Positions 39,355 to 49,822 are shown, numbered from the stretch's first letter. The stretch is 64,000 nucleotides of DNA from an uncultured Candidatus Saccharibacteria bacterium (GCA_964357525.1 CAYHLH010000001.1:11719-75718); one strand, 5' to 3'. Notes: generated by a model not told the origin, from the letters alone. A program made the numbers and translations.

Positions 39355-40323
39355 TCAAAACTCATACGCCTGTTCCATCCAGGCAAGCACCGACGCGACC
39401 TCTTTCACCCTGTCGGGGCTCCCCAATATGATAACCGCGATGCGGAAATCTTTGAATGCGAGCACCGCGGCGAGGTTCTGGCGCGCCACATCTGACGTGC
39501 CCGTTTTCCCGCCGAGGAACAGCTTGTCCGAGACGAACGGATTGATGTTCGTTTCCGTTCGGAACTCCGTGGTGTTCGTCGGCTGCACGAGATAGTTCAC
39601 AAGTCGCGTCCAGTTCAGGATCTCCGGATGTTTCTCGTATATGTATTCGGTGAGAATGAACATGTCCTCCGCGCTCGTGAGGTTCGTGTCCGCAAGCCCC
39701 GACGCGTCGTTCAGAATCGTCCCTCGCATCCCGAGCTCGCCCGCCTTCTTGTTCAATAACCGGTTCATCTCCGCCTTTCCTCCCGCGAAATCCTCGAACG
39801 CCGCCGCCGCGCGGTTCGAGGAGGTGAGGAGCATTATCTTCAGGAGATCGCCCGAAAGGTACACTTCCCCGCTTTTGAGCCCTCCCGCAACGCCTTCCGC
39901 GAGCATTGCCCGTTCGGTGACCGGCACTTTCCGCTGATTGCCGTACTGTTCAAGGACCACGACGGCCGTGAGAAGCTTTGAGAGCGACGCCGCGGGCCAC
40001 GTCTCGCGCGTGCGGTAGCGGAAGAACGGGAAATCCTCGTCGAGCGACTGGACGAGCACCGCCTGCGCCTCGATGGTGGGGTCCAACACTTCCCATTTCC
40101 GCTCGGGAAGCCGCTTGTTCGAAGGCCTCGTGTTCTGCGAGAGGGCGTCCGAGCCGTACCCGGTCGATGTCGGCGAGCCCGAAACGTCTATCGTGCGAGA
40201 CGTGAAGAGCGCGCCGAAATCCCCTCCGTAAAAGACGAAGAACACTATGCCTCCCGCGACGAGCGCGGTTCCGACGACCGCGAATGCGGCGTTCCCGGTT
40301 TTCTTGAGGATTTCCCTAAGCAT
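39355..40323 (-). CDS. D-alanyl-D-alanine carboxypeptidase (serine peptidase S11)
   Basis: SLSKLLTAVV (SxxK) motif, N-terminal TM. Confidence 0.7.
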   Translation of the reverse strand: MLREILKKTGNAAFAVVGTALVAGGIVFFVFYGGDFGALFTSRTIDVSGSPTSTGYGSDALSQNTRPSNKRLPERKWEVLDPTIEAQAVLVQSLDEDFPFFRYRTRETWPAASLSKLLTAVVVLEQYGNQRKVPVTERAMLAEGVAGGLKSGEVYLSGDLLKIMLLTSSNRAAAAFEDFAGGKAEMNRLLNKKAGELGMRGTILNDASGLADTNLTSAEDMFILTEYIYEKHPEILNWTRLVNYLVQPTNTTEFRTETNINPFVSDKLFLGGKTGTSDVARQNLAAVLAFKDFRIAVIILGSPDRVKEVASVLAWMEQAYEF

Positions 40324-40912
40324 TTGACTCTGCGGGAGCGTGTGGCGCTTCTTCCTCCTCCATGACCGCGAAATCGTCTAGAGCGCGGTGGTATTTTTCG
40401 TAATCTGGAAGCTCCCCGATGCGCGAGAGCCCCATGTGGCGCAGGAACTCGAAGCTCGCGTGGTAATCGTACGAGTGAGGATGTTTCTCGCTCGGGGTCC
40501 GCTCGACGAGGCCGCGAAGCATGAGGTTACGGAGCGTGAACCCCGAATTCACCCCGCGGATGTAATCGACGGTGACCTTCGAAACGGGGCCGAGATACGC
40601 GACAAGGGAAAGCGCCTCCTGCGCCGCGGGAGTGAGTTCCGTTTTCCATTCCTCCTCGATGATGCGCTTGCGCGCGTCCGCAAACTCCGGTTTCGTGGCA
40701 AGCTGCACTTCGCCCCCGTGCATGATGAGCGTGAGCCCGGATCGCGGGTTTTCCCCCATGTCTTTGGAAAGTTCCCCGGCGAGCGCCTCGAATTCCTCTT
40801 TTTTCATCCCGAGCGCCTTCGCCGCCTTTTCGGCGGGCACCGGCTCTCCGTAATGAAAAAGGAACGCCTGCAATAATGCTATTTTTGATTCTTGGGATGA
40901 GAGTTCACTCAT
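40316..40912 (-). CDS. scpB: Segregation and condensation protein B
   Basis: Tandem winged-helix ScpB architecture; directly downstream of scpA. Confidence 0.75.
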   Translation of the reverse strand: MSELSSQESKIALLQAFLFHYGEPVPAEKAAKALGMKKEEFEALAGELSKDMGENPRSGLTLIMHGGEVQLATKPEFADARKRIIEEEWKTELTPAAQEALSLVAYLGPVSKVTVDYIRGVNSGFTLRNLMLRGLVERTPSEKHPHSYDYHASFEFLRHMGLSRIGELPDYEKYHRALDDFAVMEEEEAPHAPAESNA

Positions 40913-41040
40913 GATATTTAAACAATAATTTAGATTGAATCTTCGAGTTTAATAGTTCTTAACTTGAAATTTAAAGTGCAAAATGATTTTTAATTTTGCA
41001 TTTCACCTTTGCATTTTGAAGTTTGAATTTTGCATTCATA

Positions 41041-41763
41041 TTATGCTTTTTTGCCCTTCTTCGCAACGAAAATCTCGGAAAAATGCCCCTTCTGGTCCAC
41101 GTGCAACGCCTGGTCGCGGACGAGGTGCAGGACCGCGAGGAAGAGGACAACGATCTCGCGCCTAGAGGCGTTCTTCTTGAACTCGCTGAATGCGGTGGGC
41201 TCCGAAGTGATCCTCGCCATGACCTCCTGTATCTTTTGCTTGAGGTTCACGACCTCGCGCGCGATGGTCTCGACGGGCGTGTAGAGGCGCTCCAGGTCTC
41301 CGTACACCTTCGCCATCGCGGCGCGAAGCGTCTCCGAAGTGACGCGCTCGGGAGGGAGGAATACGCGCTCGCTGGACAAAAGGAACTCCCTTGCGCCCAT
41401 CTTGGGCGAGGCGCTCCACGCCTCCGCCAAGTGCCGCTCCGCGTCCTTCAATTCCTTATAGAGCCGGACGCGGGATTCGAGGTTCTTGATGTCGGCCTCC
41501 TCCTCTTCCGTCAAGGGAAGCGAGGGGAGGAGTATCTTCGATTTGATGAAGATGAGCTTGGAAGCGACAACGAGAAAATCGGCGACGAGCGCCCGATAAC
41601 GCGGGTCCTCCTCAAGCGCCGTCACGTAATTCAAAAAATCCCCCGTGACCTCGGCAAGCGAAACGAGGGTGATCTCCATCTTCTTCTCGAGGACGAGGTC
41701 CAAAAGCGTCCCGATGGGCCCCTTATACGAGTCGAGCGAGAGTTCGTAGGATGTGTCAGCCAT
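41041..41763 (-). CDS. scpA: Segregation and condensation protein A
   Basis: ScpA kleisin N- and C-terminal conserved regions (LDLVLEKKMEI...). Confidence 0.75.
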   Translation of the reverse strand: MADTSYELSLDSYKGPIGTLLDLVLEKKMEITLVSLAEVTGDFLNYVTALEEDPRYRALVADFLVVASKLIFIKSKILLPSLPLTEEEEADIKNLESRVRLYKELKDAERHLAEAWSASPKMGAREFLLSSERVFLPPERVTSETLRAAMAKVYGDLERLYTPVETIAREVVNLKQKIQEVMARITSEPTAFSEFKKNASRREIVVLFLAVLHLVRDQALHVDQKGHFSEIFVAKKGKKA

Positions 41764-42802
41764 GCCTCACTACCATTATATCGCCTTCCTGCATCGTGTA
41801 ATCCTTCCCTTCAATGCGCACCCAGCCCTTCTTCTTCGCTTCGTTCCATGCGTCAGCATGCCCTGAGCTCGCCGAACGGGCGGCCTCCAAGAGTTTGTCA
41901 CAAGAGACCACCTCGGCTCTGATGAATTTCTCCTCGAAATCCGTGTGTATCTCCCCCGCCGCCTGCGGCGCCTTTTCCCCCTTGGGGCAGGTCCACGCGC
42001 GGGTCTCGTCCTCCCCCGTCGTGAAAAAGCTCATGAGCCCGAGGGTCTCGTATGCCTTCCGAACGAGCACATCCAAGGAAACCGGGGACGAAAGATCCTG
42101 TATGAGCCAATGCATTCCGGATTTCTGAATTTCCGCCTTAACATTTTCAGAAACATCGGATTCGCTTCCGTTCAAGAGAATGATTTGCGGTTTCGCTGTC
42201 AAAAGGTGAAGTTCATTGATGACCGGTTCGTGCGCGAACTCCGTTACGTATTCGTTCCCTGCCTGCGCAGGCAGGCGCGAAATCTTCTCCTTCACCTTTT
42301 CCAAAATTTCCCTGTTGTGCTTCGCCGACTTCTCTCCCGCGCGTATGTCCTTGTCTATCGATACGATTCGCTTCTCTACGGTTTCCAGGTCCTTCAAAGC
42401 CAATTCGGTCTTGATTGTCTCCATGTCGCGCAACGGGTCGGGCTTTCCTTCCACGTGTATTATCTCGTCATTCTCGAACGCCCTCACGACCTGCACTATG
42501 GCCTTGCAATCGCGTATGTGGGTCAGAAATTGGTTCCCCAATCCCTCGCCCTTGTTCGCTCCCTTCACGAGTCCCGCGATATCGTAGAATTCCACGACGG
42601 CGGGAACCGTCTTTTTTGACTTGCTGATGTCCGTGAGTTTTTTCAACCGCTCGTCTGGAACCGGAACGACGCCCACGTTCTGGTCTATGGTCGCAAAGGG
42701 ATAGTTCGCGATGTGTATGTCCTGCGCGGTCAAATGCTTGAAGAGCGTGGATTTCCCCACGTTCGGAAGCCCAACTATTCCGATTGAAAGTTTATATGAC
42801 AT
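41756..42802 (-). CDS. ychF: Ribosome-binding ATPase YchF (Obg-family GTPase)
   Basis: GIVGLPNVGKSTLF G1 motif, TGS C-terminal domain; start trimmed to MSYKLSIGIVG. Confidence 0.85.
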   Translation of the reverse strand: MSYKLSIGIVGLPNVGKSTLFKHLTAQDIHIANYPFATIDQNVGVVPVPDERLKKLTDISKSKKTVPAVVEFYDIAGLVKGANKGEGLGNQFLTHIRDCKAIVQVVRAFENDEIIHVEGKPDPLRDMETIKTELALKDLETVEKRIVSIDKDIRAGEKSAKHNREILEKVKEKISRLPAQAGNEYVTEFAHEPVINELHLLTAKPQIILLNGSESDVSENVKAEIQKSGMHWLIQDLSSPVSLDVLVRKAYETLGLMSFFTTGEDETRAWTCPKGEKAPQAAGEIHTDFEEKFIRAEVVSCDKLLEAARSASSGHADAWNEAKKKGWVRIEGKDYTMQEGDIMVVRHG

Positions 42803-42892
42803 ATCAAGGTAAGAATAGGACAGGAAAGGGCGGAAGTAAAATAAAAACCCGCACTCTTCCGAGTACGGATTATATAAAACGGATCTTCTCAA

Positions 42893-43495
42893 TCAACCGA
42901 AAGTGAATTCAACTTTGATTAAAAGAGGTGGGAGATTTGAATCGAGGTTCTTAACTGGAAATGTCAATCGTTCATAATTTTTATCCCGCATCATCCAAAA
43001 ATCCGAGTTTAGATGAACAATTTCAGTTTTTTCTTTAAAATCCAAACAGTAATATGGTTTGCACAGATCTAAAAGAAAGTTTCCGCCGTCCCTCCATATT
43101 ACGCGGTCTGTACGCGCAACTCTCTGGTCATAAACATCAGGGACATTATATTCCCACGAAACAAAGCGGTTTAACATCCATCCTTCCTTCATATTATAAG
43201 TTTCGGAAAGGTAGTAAGAGTAACTGTAGCGTCCGTAAGGCGAGAGGGGTGGCGCTACTTTTTCAAAACTTCCTTCATCATTTTCCCAAAGCCCTGTTCG
43301 TACTTCCGTTGTGAGAACTGTCATCTTAGGATAGGGAGGATATGTAAATACCATAAAAAGCAAAAAGATTGGAATAAAAAATGTTTTAATGGGAACATTC
43401 CAGGCCCACGGTCCTGCACCCCAAATGAGAATAGCGACGATTCCTCCGATGAAAAATGCATACACAAATTTCCAGAGGAGAAGTTCAGCAAACAT
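42893..43495 (-). CDS. Hypothetical membrane protein (Trp/Tyr-rich, low GC)
   Basis: 200 aa, two N-terminal TM helices. Confidence 0.4.
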   Translation of the reverse strand: MFAELLLWKFVYAFFIGGIVAILIWGAGPWAWNVPIKTFFIPIFLLFMVFTYPPYPKMTVLTTEVRTGLWENDEGSFEKVAPPLSPYGRYSYSYYLSETYNMKEGWMLNRFVSWEYNVPDVYDQRVARTDRVIWRDGGNFLLDLCKPYYCLDFKEKTEIVHLNSDFWMMRDKNYERLTFPVKNLDSNLPPLLIKVEFTFG

Positions 43496-43794
43496 AATGT
43501 CTCCTTTTTAATAGTTGAGAAATATTGTTAGTTAACTAATAAAGAGTTTACCATAAAAAATTGGTATAGTCAATATGACGAATTTCACCTCCCTACCTGG
43601 ATACTTATTTTGAATTCAAAGGGTATCATTTTTGCTTCGTTTCTCATTATGTCCGATTGCGTCCGTACCGTGCCGATGGAAAGCTTGTAGCTCATACCGC
43701 AAGCGTATCACCGCTTTCTGGAAATGAAAAACCTCCGCTTCCTCCTCGCCCAGTATTTTCCCGCGTACGCGACGCCAAACTAGCTTGTAGCTTA

Positions 43795-44337
43795 TTAGCT
43801 TCTTAGTTTTATATGAAGCCTTCTTTTCCTTCGCGTCCAATATGGACCAGCGTAATTTACCCCGACGCGCGCAGAGTGAATAATGTCCCTTCCTGGAATC
43901 TTTTCCCCTGATTCTATCCAAAGTCCGGATTTCTTCTCCGCGGGCTTTCCGTTCAATTTCCCGTCAATGCGGAAACGTTTGGTGACTCGTGCCGGCCCAT
44001 TCCACAATTCCATAGAATTGGGGAACTGCACGGCTCGAATCAAGATCGCCGCAGGATAACCCTTTTCCCTCGTCACTATATTGAGCATCCAATGCATCCC
44101 GTACGTGAAATACACGTACCAGACGCCCGCCTCGCCGAACATCACGGCATTCCGCTCCGTTTTCCCCCGCGAAGCGTGACTCGCCCTGTCGCGGAACCCG
44201 TCATACACTTCCACTTCCATTATCTTCCCCCTAATGATCTTTTTCCTGACTTTCCTGCACAAAAACGAACCGAGAAGTAACTTCGCTACCTTCTCGGTGT
44301 CCCGTGAAAATGATTTTTGCGGCAATACTCTCCCCAT
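43795..44337 (-). CDS. mpg: DNA-3-methyladenine glycosylase (Mpg/AAG family)
   Basis: VEVYDGF.D.ASHA..G.T.RN..MFG..G..YVYFTYGMH motif block; start trimmed to MGRVLPQ. Confidence 0.75.
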   Translation of the reverse strand: MGRVLPQKSFSRDTEKVAKLLLGSFLCRKVRKKIIRGKIMEVEVYDGFRDRASHASRGKTERNAVMFGEAGVWYVYFTYGMHWMLNIVTREKGYPAAILIRAVQFPNSMELWNGPARVTKRFRIDGKLNGKPAEKKSGLWIESGEKIPGRDIIHSARVGVNYAGPYWTRRKRRLHIKLRS

Positions 44338-44702
44338 CACAAGAGATTCCTTATCTCCGCGAGCACTTCGGCGGGAATCGGGTCGCGCTCGGGGCTTTTC
44401 CCCGGATACCTCCACGCCGTGATGACCCTTATTTTCTTGCCGGTATCCAACGCGAAGTTCTCAAGGCCCTTCAATCTCCTTTTCTTCCCCTTCGCGAGTG
44501 CGTACATCACCCATATCTCGGAATACCGCTTGCTTCCCGCCGGCTGCATCACGGCCACCGTTTCTTCGGCTATCCCCTCCTCCGTCCGCGCGGGGAAGCG
44601 AATAATGCGCTTCACGCGCGATTCGGGGATGGCGTAGTACTGCATCTTTTCCCACGCATGGTCGGTCCATTCGTACCTGTCGTCGTTCTTCGGCTGCTTC
44701 AT
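44337..44702 (-). CDS. Hypothetical protein (~120 aa; H..W..M..R.I...V..V...IRVITAW pattern)
   Basis: ORF 44337..44987 trimmed to MKQPKNDDRYEW; ATGA overlap with the upstream PEBP gene. Confidence 0.4.
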   Translation of the reverse strand: MKQPKNDDRYEWTDHAWEKMQYYAIPESRVKRIIRFPARTEEGIAEETVAVMQPAGSKRYSEIWVMYALAKGKKRRLKGLENFALDTGKKIRVITAWRYPGKSPERDPIPAEVLAEIRNLL

Positions 44703-45151
44703 CACTTGCGCATGAATATGCCGACGAGCTCGGCGCGTTCGAGTATGTGCCCCTTCATTGCTTCCTCCAGTCCCGCTTTCCCGGTCTCCGGCGGAAGCTC
44801 GAGCAAGGCGTCGAGCGCGTAGAGCTTGAAGCGGTAGCGGTGGGGCTTCGAGCCCTTCGGCGGGCAGGGACCTCCCCAACGGTTGCTTCCGAAACTTGTC
44901 TTCCCCTCGACCGCCCCGTGAGGCACGGTATCCTCTTCTATATATTGAGTGCCCGCGGGAATGTTCCACACGAGCCAGTGGTTCCACGTGACGCCGCCGG
45001 TCGCGTCAGGATCGTCCACGACGAGCGCGAACGACCTCGCTCCCTGCGGAGCGTTCTTAAGTTCCAGAAACGGGTTCACGTTGTCGCCCTCGCAGGTATA
45101 CTTTTCGGGGATGATATCCCCGTCTTTGAACGCAGAACACTTCAAAATCAT
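44702..45151 (-). CDS. YbhB/YbcL family phosphatidylethanolamine-binding protein (PEBP)
   Basis: PEBP motifs DPDAP-like (DDPDATGG) and H.RY.F.LYALD. Confidence 0.75.
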   Translation of the reverse strand: MILKCSAFKDGDIIPEKYTCEGDNVNPFLELKNAPQGARSFALVVDDPDATGGVTWNHWLVWNIPAGTQYIEEDTVPHGAVEGKTSFGSNRWGGPCPPKGSKPHRYRFKLYALDALLELPPETGKAGLEEAMKGHILERAELVGIFMRK

Positions 45152-45195
45152 CGTCTTGCCTGAATTTTATCACTCCCGTACTATAAAGGAAAACG

Positions 45196-46287
45196 ATGTC
45201 TTCCCTCGCCATCTACCGCAAATACCGCCCGAAAACCTTCGGCGAACTCCTCGGACAGGAGCTCATTTCCGGAATTTTGAGGGAGGCCGCGAAGCACGAC
45301 AAGATATTTCACGCGTACCTCTTCGCGGGGCCGCGCGGCACGGGAAAGACGACGACGGCGCGCCTCATCGCGAAGATAGCGAACTGCGAGAATCTGGGGA
45401 AAGACGGCGAGCCCTGCAACAAATGCAAATTCTGCTCGGCGATAGACGAAGGGCGGAGCATGGACGTCGTCGAGATCGACGCGGCGAGTAACCGCGGCAT
45501 CGACGAGATCAGGGACCTCAAGGAGAACATCCGCACCGCGCCGTCTCAGGCGAAATGGAAAGTTTTTATCATAGATGAAGCTCACATGCTCACGACCCCC
45601 GCGTGGAACGCGCTCCTTAAAACGATAGAAGAGCCGCCGGGGCATGTAATCTTCATCTTCGCGACGACCGAATCGGAAAAAGTTCCGGCTACAATCTCCT
45701 CTCGCACCCAGCAGTTCCATTTCCAGCGTCCGAGCGTCCGGCAGATTACGGATAAGCTCCTTTATATCGCGAAAGGCGAAAAAACGGATCTATCGGAGGA
45801 AGCGGCCGAACTCATCGGCGCGCAGGCGGAAGGAAGCTTCCGCGACGCCGAGTCGCTTTTGGACCAGCTCATTTCCGCCGGTAAAAAGAGCATACAACTC
45901 GAGGATGTGGAGCGCGCCGTGGGTAAGATCGGCTTCCAAAAGCTCTCGGCGTTCGCCGAGGAAATTTTGAAAGGCAATCTGGAATCGGTGCTGGAAAAAC
46001 TTCACGCCATCGAAGACGAGGGATATAACCTGTCGCAGTTCGCAAAAGATCTTATATCGTACATACGGCGCGTTGCGGTGCTTTCCATGGCCCCGAAAAT
46101 GGAAGCGGTTATGAGGCGCGAGCTCACCGACGACCACCTGAAGCGCCTTAAGGGGCACGCGAAACTCTTCAAGAAAGAGCACATAGAGCTTTTGAAATCG
46201 CTAATCACGGCATACGGACAGATGCGTTACAGCTCGTTTCCAATCATCCCATTGGAGGTCGCATTGATTGAAGGACTGAAGAAATAA
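45196..46287 (+). CDS. dnaX: DNA polymerase III subunit gamma/tau (short, 363 aa)
   Basis: AAA+ Walker A GPRGTGKTT, zinc module CNKCKFC, SRC motif region. Confidence 0.85.
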   Translation: MSSLAIYRKYRPKTFGELLGQELISGILREAAKHDKIFHAYLFAGPRGTGKTTTARLIAKIANCENLGKDGEPCNKCKFCSAIDEGRSMDVVEIDAASNRGIDEIRDLKENIRTAPSQAKWKVFIIDEAHMLTTPAWNALLKTIEEPPGHVIFIFATTESEKVPATISSRTQQFHFQRPSVRQITDKLLYIAKGEKTDLSEEAAELIGAQAEGSFRDAESLLDQLISAGKKSIQLEDVERAVGKIGFQKLSAFAEEILKGNLESVLEKLHAIEDEGYNLSQFAKDLISYIRRVAVLSMAPKMEAVMRRELTDDHLKRLKGHAKLFKKEHIELLKSLITAYGQMRYSSFPIIPLEVALIEGLKK

Positions 46288-46301
46288 TGTAATATTCCAT
46301 T

Positions 46302-46910
46302 ATGAACAAAACCATTCTTATCGTCATAGGCATCATCATCGTCATCATCGGCATTTATATTCTGCTCCCGAAGAGCGTGTCCGAGACGACGGAAACGATG
46401 GAGCCCGCCAAGGTCGAAAACGAGACAAAAAACATGAGCCACCTCATCACGCTCGACACGAATTTCGGCGTCATCAAGTTCGCCACCTATGACGCGGATG
46501 CGCCGAAGACGGTGGAAAACTTCACCGCGCTCGCGGAAAAAGGATTCTACGACAACCTCGCCTTCCACCGCGTCATCAAGGGCTTCATGATCCAGGGCGG
46601 AGACCCGAACGGAAACGGCACGGGCGGCCCCGGATACAAATTCGCGGACGAACTGGATCCAGCGACCGAGTCCTACCGGGCGGGTTACAAGAAAGGCATC
46701 GTCGCGATGGCGAATGCCGGCCCGAACACCAACGGGAGCCAGTTCTTCGTCATGCTCGAGGATTATCCGCTCCAGAACAACTACACGATCTTCGGAAAAG
46801 TGACGGAAGGACAGGATGTCGTCGACCTCATCGGACTCGTGAAGACCGACCAAAACGACAAGCCACTCGAGCCGGTCGTCATCAAAAATGTTACTGTAGA
46901 AACCAGATAA
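46302..46910 (+). CDS. ppiB: Cyclophilin-type peptidyl-prolyl cis-trans isomerase with N-terminal TM anchor
   Basis: FHRVIKGFMIQGGDP..GNGTGGPGY cyclophilin core. Confidence 0.85.
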   Translation: MNKTILIVIGIIIVIIGIYILLPKSVSETTETMEPAKVENETKNMSHLITLDTNFGVIKFATYDADAPKTVENFTALAEKGFYDNLAFHRVIKGFMIQGGDPNGNGTGGPGYKFADELDPATESYRAGYKKGIVAMANAGPNTNGSQFFVMLEDYPLQNNYTIFGKVTEGQDVVDLIGLVKTDQNDKPLEPVVIKNVTVETR

Positions 46911-46916
46911 CTCTCT

Positions 46917-46945
46917 AAAAATCCCGCCGGCGGCGGGATTTTTGT
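46917..46945. terminator. Bidirectional hairpin terminator (AAAAATCCCGCCGGCGGCGGGATTTTT)
   Basis: Perfect GC stem between convergent ppiB and the VIT-family gene. Confidence 0.55.
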
Positions 46946-46950
46946 TTCAG

Positions 46951-47439
46951 CTACTTCAGGAACATTCCCACGGCGACGCCTATGCCTATGGCGACTCCGC
47001 CCAAGACCGCCATCTTGAGGATGCCCTTCGCCGCGTTCGTGTGCGAGAGTTTCGCGCTTCCGAAGCCGAGGAAGCCGAGCGCGACAAGCGAGGCGCCGAT
47101 CGAGACGGGAAGCGCGGTCGCCGCCGGAGCGAAAATATAGGGGAAAAGAGGAATGAATCCAGAAACGAAATAGGAGAAAAACATGACGAAAGCATCAGGC
47201 GCCGAGCGCGAGAGCGGCTCTTCTTTTTTCTCCGCGAATTCTTCGGCAGAATTTTCCGAAAGGAAACTCCCCACCGCCATGGAAAACGCCTCCACGAAGA
47301 CGAGAATGACCCCCGTCGCGAATATCGTCTGCGAGTCGCTTCCCGTCGCGGCGACACCCGAAAGGAGCCCCACGGTGGACACCAGGCTGTCCTCGACCCC
47401 GAAAACGAAGTTCCTCAGAAATCCCGCCTTGCGATTCAT
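46951..47439 (-). CDS. VIT1/CCC1 family membrane protein (iron/manganese transporter-like)
   Basis: MNRKAGFLRNFVFGVEDSLVSTVGLLSGVAA motif; ORF 46951..47628 trimmed to that Met. Confidence 0.6.
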   Translation of the reverse strand: MNRKAGFLRNFVFGVEDSLVSTVGLLSGVAATGSDSQTIFATGVILVFVEAFSMAVGSFLSENSAEEFAEKKEEPLSRSAPDAFVMFFSYFVSGFIPLFPYIFAPAATALPVSIGASLVALGFLGFGSAKLSHTNAAKGILKMAVLGGVAIGIGVAVGMFLK

Positions 47440-47496
47440 TGATTGAAATATACCACATATACCGCGCGGCGGAGAAAAAAATAGTATAATAAAGGC

Positions 47497-48723
47497 GTGC
47501 AGAGCATTAAATCCCTCAAGTCCGCGATAGAGAAACAGATCACCCAATCCGCGGACGACATTTCCATCATCGAGCTGGTGGACCTCCTCGTGGAATACGC
47601 GTACAGCTCCCGCGCGTCCGACATCCACATCGAACCCGCCGAGAAGAGGGTCGTCATCCGCCTCAGGATAGACGGCATCCTACAGGACGAGTTTGCCATC
47701 CCGAAAGAGCTCCACGACGAGATCATAAGCCGCATCAAGGTTCTCTCGAGCCTCAAGACCGACATACACCACGTGCCGCAGGACGGTAGATTCAAGGCGA
47801 AGATCGAGGCGCGGGAAAACATCGACATCCGCGTTTCCATCGCGCCCACCTACTACGATGAGAACGCCGTCCTTCGCATCCTCGCCGAAACTAACCAGGT
47901 TTTTTCCTTCGACGAGCTCGGTTTCACGAAGGAACAGCTCGCCATCGTCGAGAAGTCCGTCAAGAAGCCGTACGGCATGATACTCGTGAACGGACCCACG
48001 GGAAGCGGAAAGACGACGACCCTTTATACCATCCTAAAGAAACTCTCCACGCGGGAGATCTCCATCATCACCATCGAGGACCCCATCGAGTACTCCATCG
48101 AGGGCGTCACGCAGATCCCCGTCTCCACTCAGGCGGGGCTCACATTCGCGAACGGGCTCAGGAGCATCCTCCGCCAGGACCCGAACATCATCATGGTCGG
48201 AGAGATACGCGACTCGGAGACCGCGAACATCGCCGTGAACGCGTCCTTGACCGGCCACCTCATGCTTTCCACCCTCCACACGAATGACGCGGCGACCACC
48301 TTCCCGCGGCTCATCGACATGGGCGTGCCGCCGTTTTTGGTAGCGTCCACACTGAACGTCGCGGTCGCTCAGCGCCTGGTCCGCAAAGCGTGCCCGGCCT
48401 GCAAGAAGGAGCGCTCTCTCGATGCCGCCGAACTCCAGAACTTCGGTGGTGCGGCGGCGGCGATGGGCGTCAAGAAATTGACCACCGCCGGCAAGGGGTG
48501 CGACCAGTGCAACGGCACCGGCTACATGGGAAGGACGGGGATCCACGAGGTCCTCGAGGTGCGCGACAATATCCGCGGCCTCATCGTCGCGCGTGCCGAC
48601 TCGAACCAGATCAAGCAGGCGGCAGTGAAAAACGGCATGCTCACGATGATCGAAGACGGGCTCGTGAAGGCGAGGGAAGGCATCACCACGATCGAGGAGG
48701 TCTTGCGCATCATCTATGAATGA
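47497..48723 (+). CDS. pilB: Type IV pilus assembly ATPase PilB / GspE family
   Basis: Walker A GPTGSGKTTT, Asp and His boxes, C-terminal CxxC...CxxC tetracysteine. Confidence 0.85.
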   Translation: MQSIKSLKSAIEKQITQSADDISIIELVDLLVEYAYSSRASDIHIEPAEKRVVIRLRIDGILQDEFAIPKELHDEIISRIKVLSSLKTDIHHVPQDGRFKAKIEARENIDIRVSIAPTYYDENAVLRILAETNQVFSFDELGFTKEQLAIVEKSVKKPYGMILVNGPTGSGKTTTLYTILKKLSTREISIITIEDPIEYSIEGVTQIPVSTQAGLTFANGLRSILRQDPNIIMVGEIRDSETANIAVNASLTGHLMLSTLHTNDAATTFPRLIDMGVPPFLVASTLNVAVAQRLVRKACPACKKERSLDAAELQNFGGAAAAMGVKKLTTAGKGCDQCNGTGYMGRTGIHEVLEVRDNIRGLIVARADSNQIKQAAVKNGMLTMIEDGLVKAREGITTIEEVLRIIYE

Positions 48724-49807
48724 CGGACGCCCTCCCCTTCCCTTCATAGGGGCGCTTTTGTATTCGGTCCCGTTCCAGGAAAAGGTGAATTTCGCGCGCC
48801 ACCTTTCCATCGGCATCAAGAGCGGCATGCCGCTCATGGAAAACCTCCGCCTCATCCGCGGCCAGACCAGATCCAAGCGCTTCCAGCGCATCCTCGACCG
48901 CATCATGAAGGACGTGGAAAACGGGCAATTCCTCGCCCAGAGCATGAAGCGCTTCCGGGCCACGTTCGGCGACTTTTTCATCAATCTCGTGAAGGTCGGC
49001 GAATCCAGCGGCAATCTGTCGTCGAGCCTGCTCTACCTCGCCGAGGAGCTCAAAAAACAGCGCGAAGTGAGCCAACGAGTGCGCTCGGCCTTGATCTACC
49101 CCTTCATCATCCTCATTGCGACCCTCGGCATCACGGTATTCCTCACCTTCTTCATCTTCCCGAAGATCCTCCCCATTTTCTCGAGCCTTCGGGTGGAGCT
49201 TCCTTTCACGACCCGCCTCGTCATCATGACGCTCTCCTTCATCAAGGAATACGGCATCTGGGTCCTGGGCGGGCTCGTGGCATTCATCATGATGATACGC
49301 GTGCTCCTTTTCATCCCCCTGACCCATCTTTTCTTCGACCGGCTCATACTTTCGGTGCCGGTCGTCTCAAAGACAACCATGAGCCTGACCCTCGCAAACT
49401 TCACGCGCTCCCTATCGGTGCTCCTTAAAAGCGGGATGAACATCGTGGATGCGCTCGCGACCGCGAAGGGGACGTTCCACAACCTCTACTACCGCAGGGA
49501 GGTCGAGCGCATCGTCGAGAGCGTGCGGCGCGGGGAATCCATCGCGCGGTACATCGAGAACCATCCGCGCATCTTCCCCCCGATGGTCGCGGGGATGATC
49601 CGCGTCGGCGAGAGCACGGGAAACCTCCAGGAGAACCTGCTTTACCTCGCCGAGTTCTACGAGAACGAGGTGGACGAGCTCACCAAAAACCTAACCGCGA
49701 TTCTGGAACCCGTCCTTCTCCTCTTTATGGGGCTCCTCGTTGGATTCATCGCGCTCTCCATCATCACCCCCATATACAAGATCACGGAAGGCCTTCAAGT
49801 TCACTGA
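48716..49807 (+). CDS. pilC: Type IV pilus inner-membrane platform protein PilC / GspF family
   Basis: Two GspF repeats, 3 TM segments. Confidence 0.8.
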   Translation: MNDGRPPLPFIGALLYSVPFQEKVNFARHLSIGIKSGMPLMENLRLIRGQTRSKRFQRILDRIMKDVENGQFLAQSMKRFRATFGDFFINLVKVGESSGNLSSSLLYLAEELKKQREVSQRVRSALIYPFIILIATLGITVFLTFFIFPKILPIFSSLRVELPFTTRLVIMTLSFIKEYGIWVLGGLVAFIMMIRVLLFIPLTHLFFDRLILSVPVVSKTTMSLTLANFTRSLSVLLKSGMNIVDALATAKGTFHNLYYRREVERIVESVRRGESIARYIENHPRIFPPMVAGMIRVGESTGNLQENLLYLAEFYENEVDELTKNLTAILEPVLLLFMGLLVGFIALSIITPIYKITEGLQVH

Positions 49808-49822
49808 GCCGCACCGCTGACC

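Noticed and set aside
43616-43921. A 101-aa minus-strand ORF
   Set aside because: It overlaps the 3' end of the mpg gene in another frame, is Arg/Lys-rich, and has no domain. Most likely it is not a gene.
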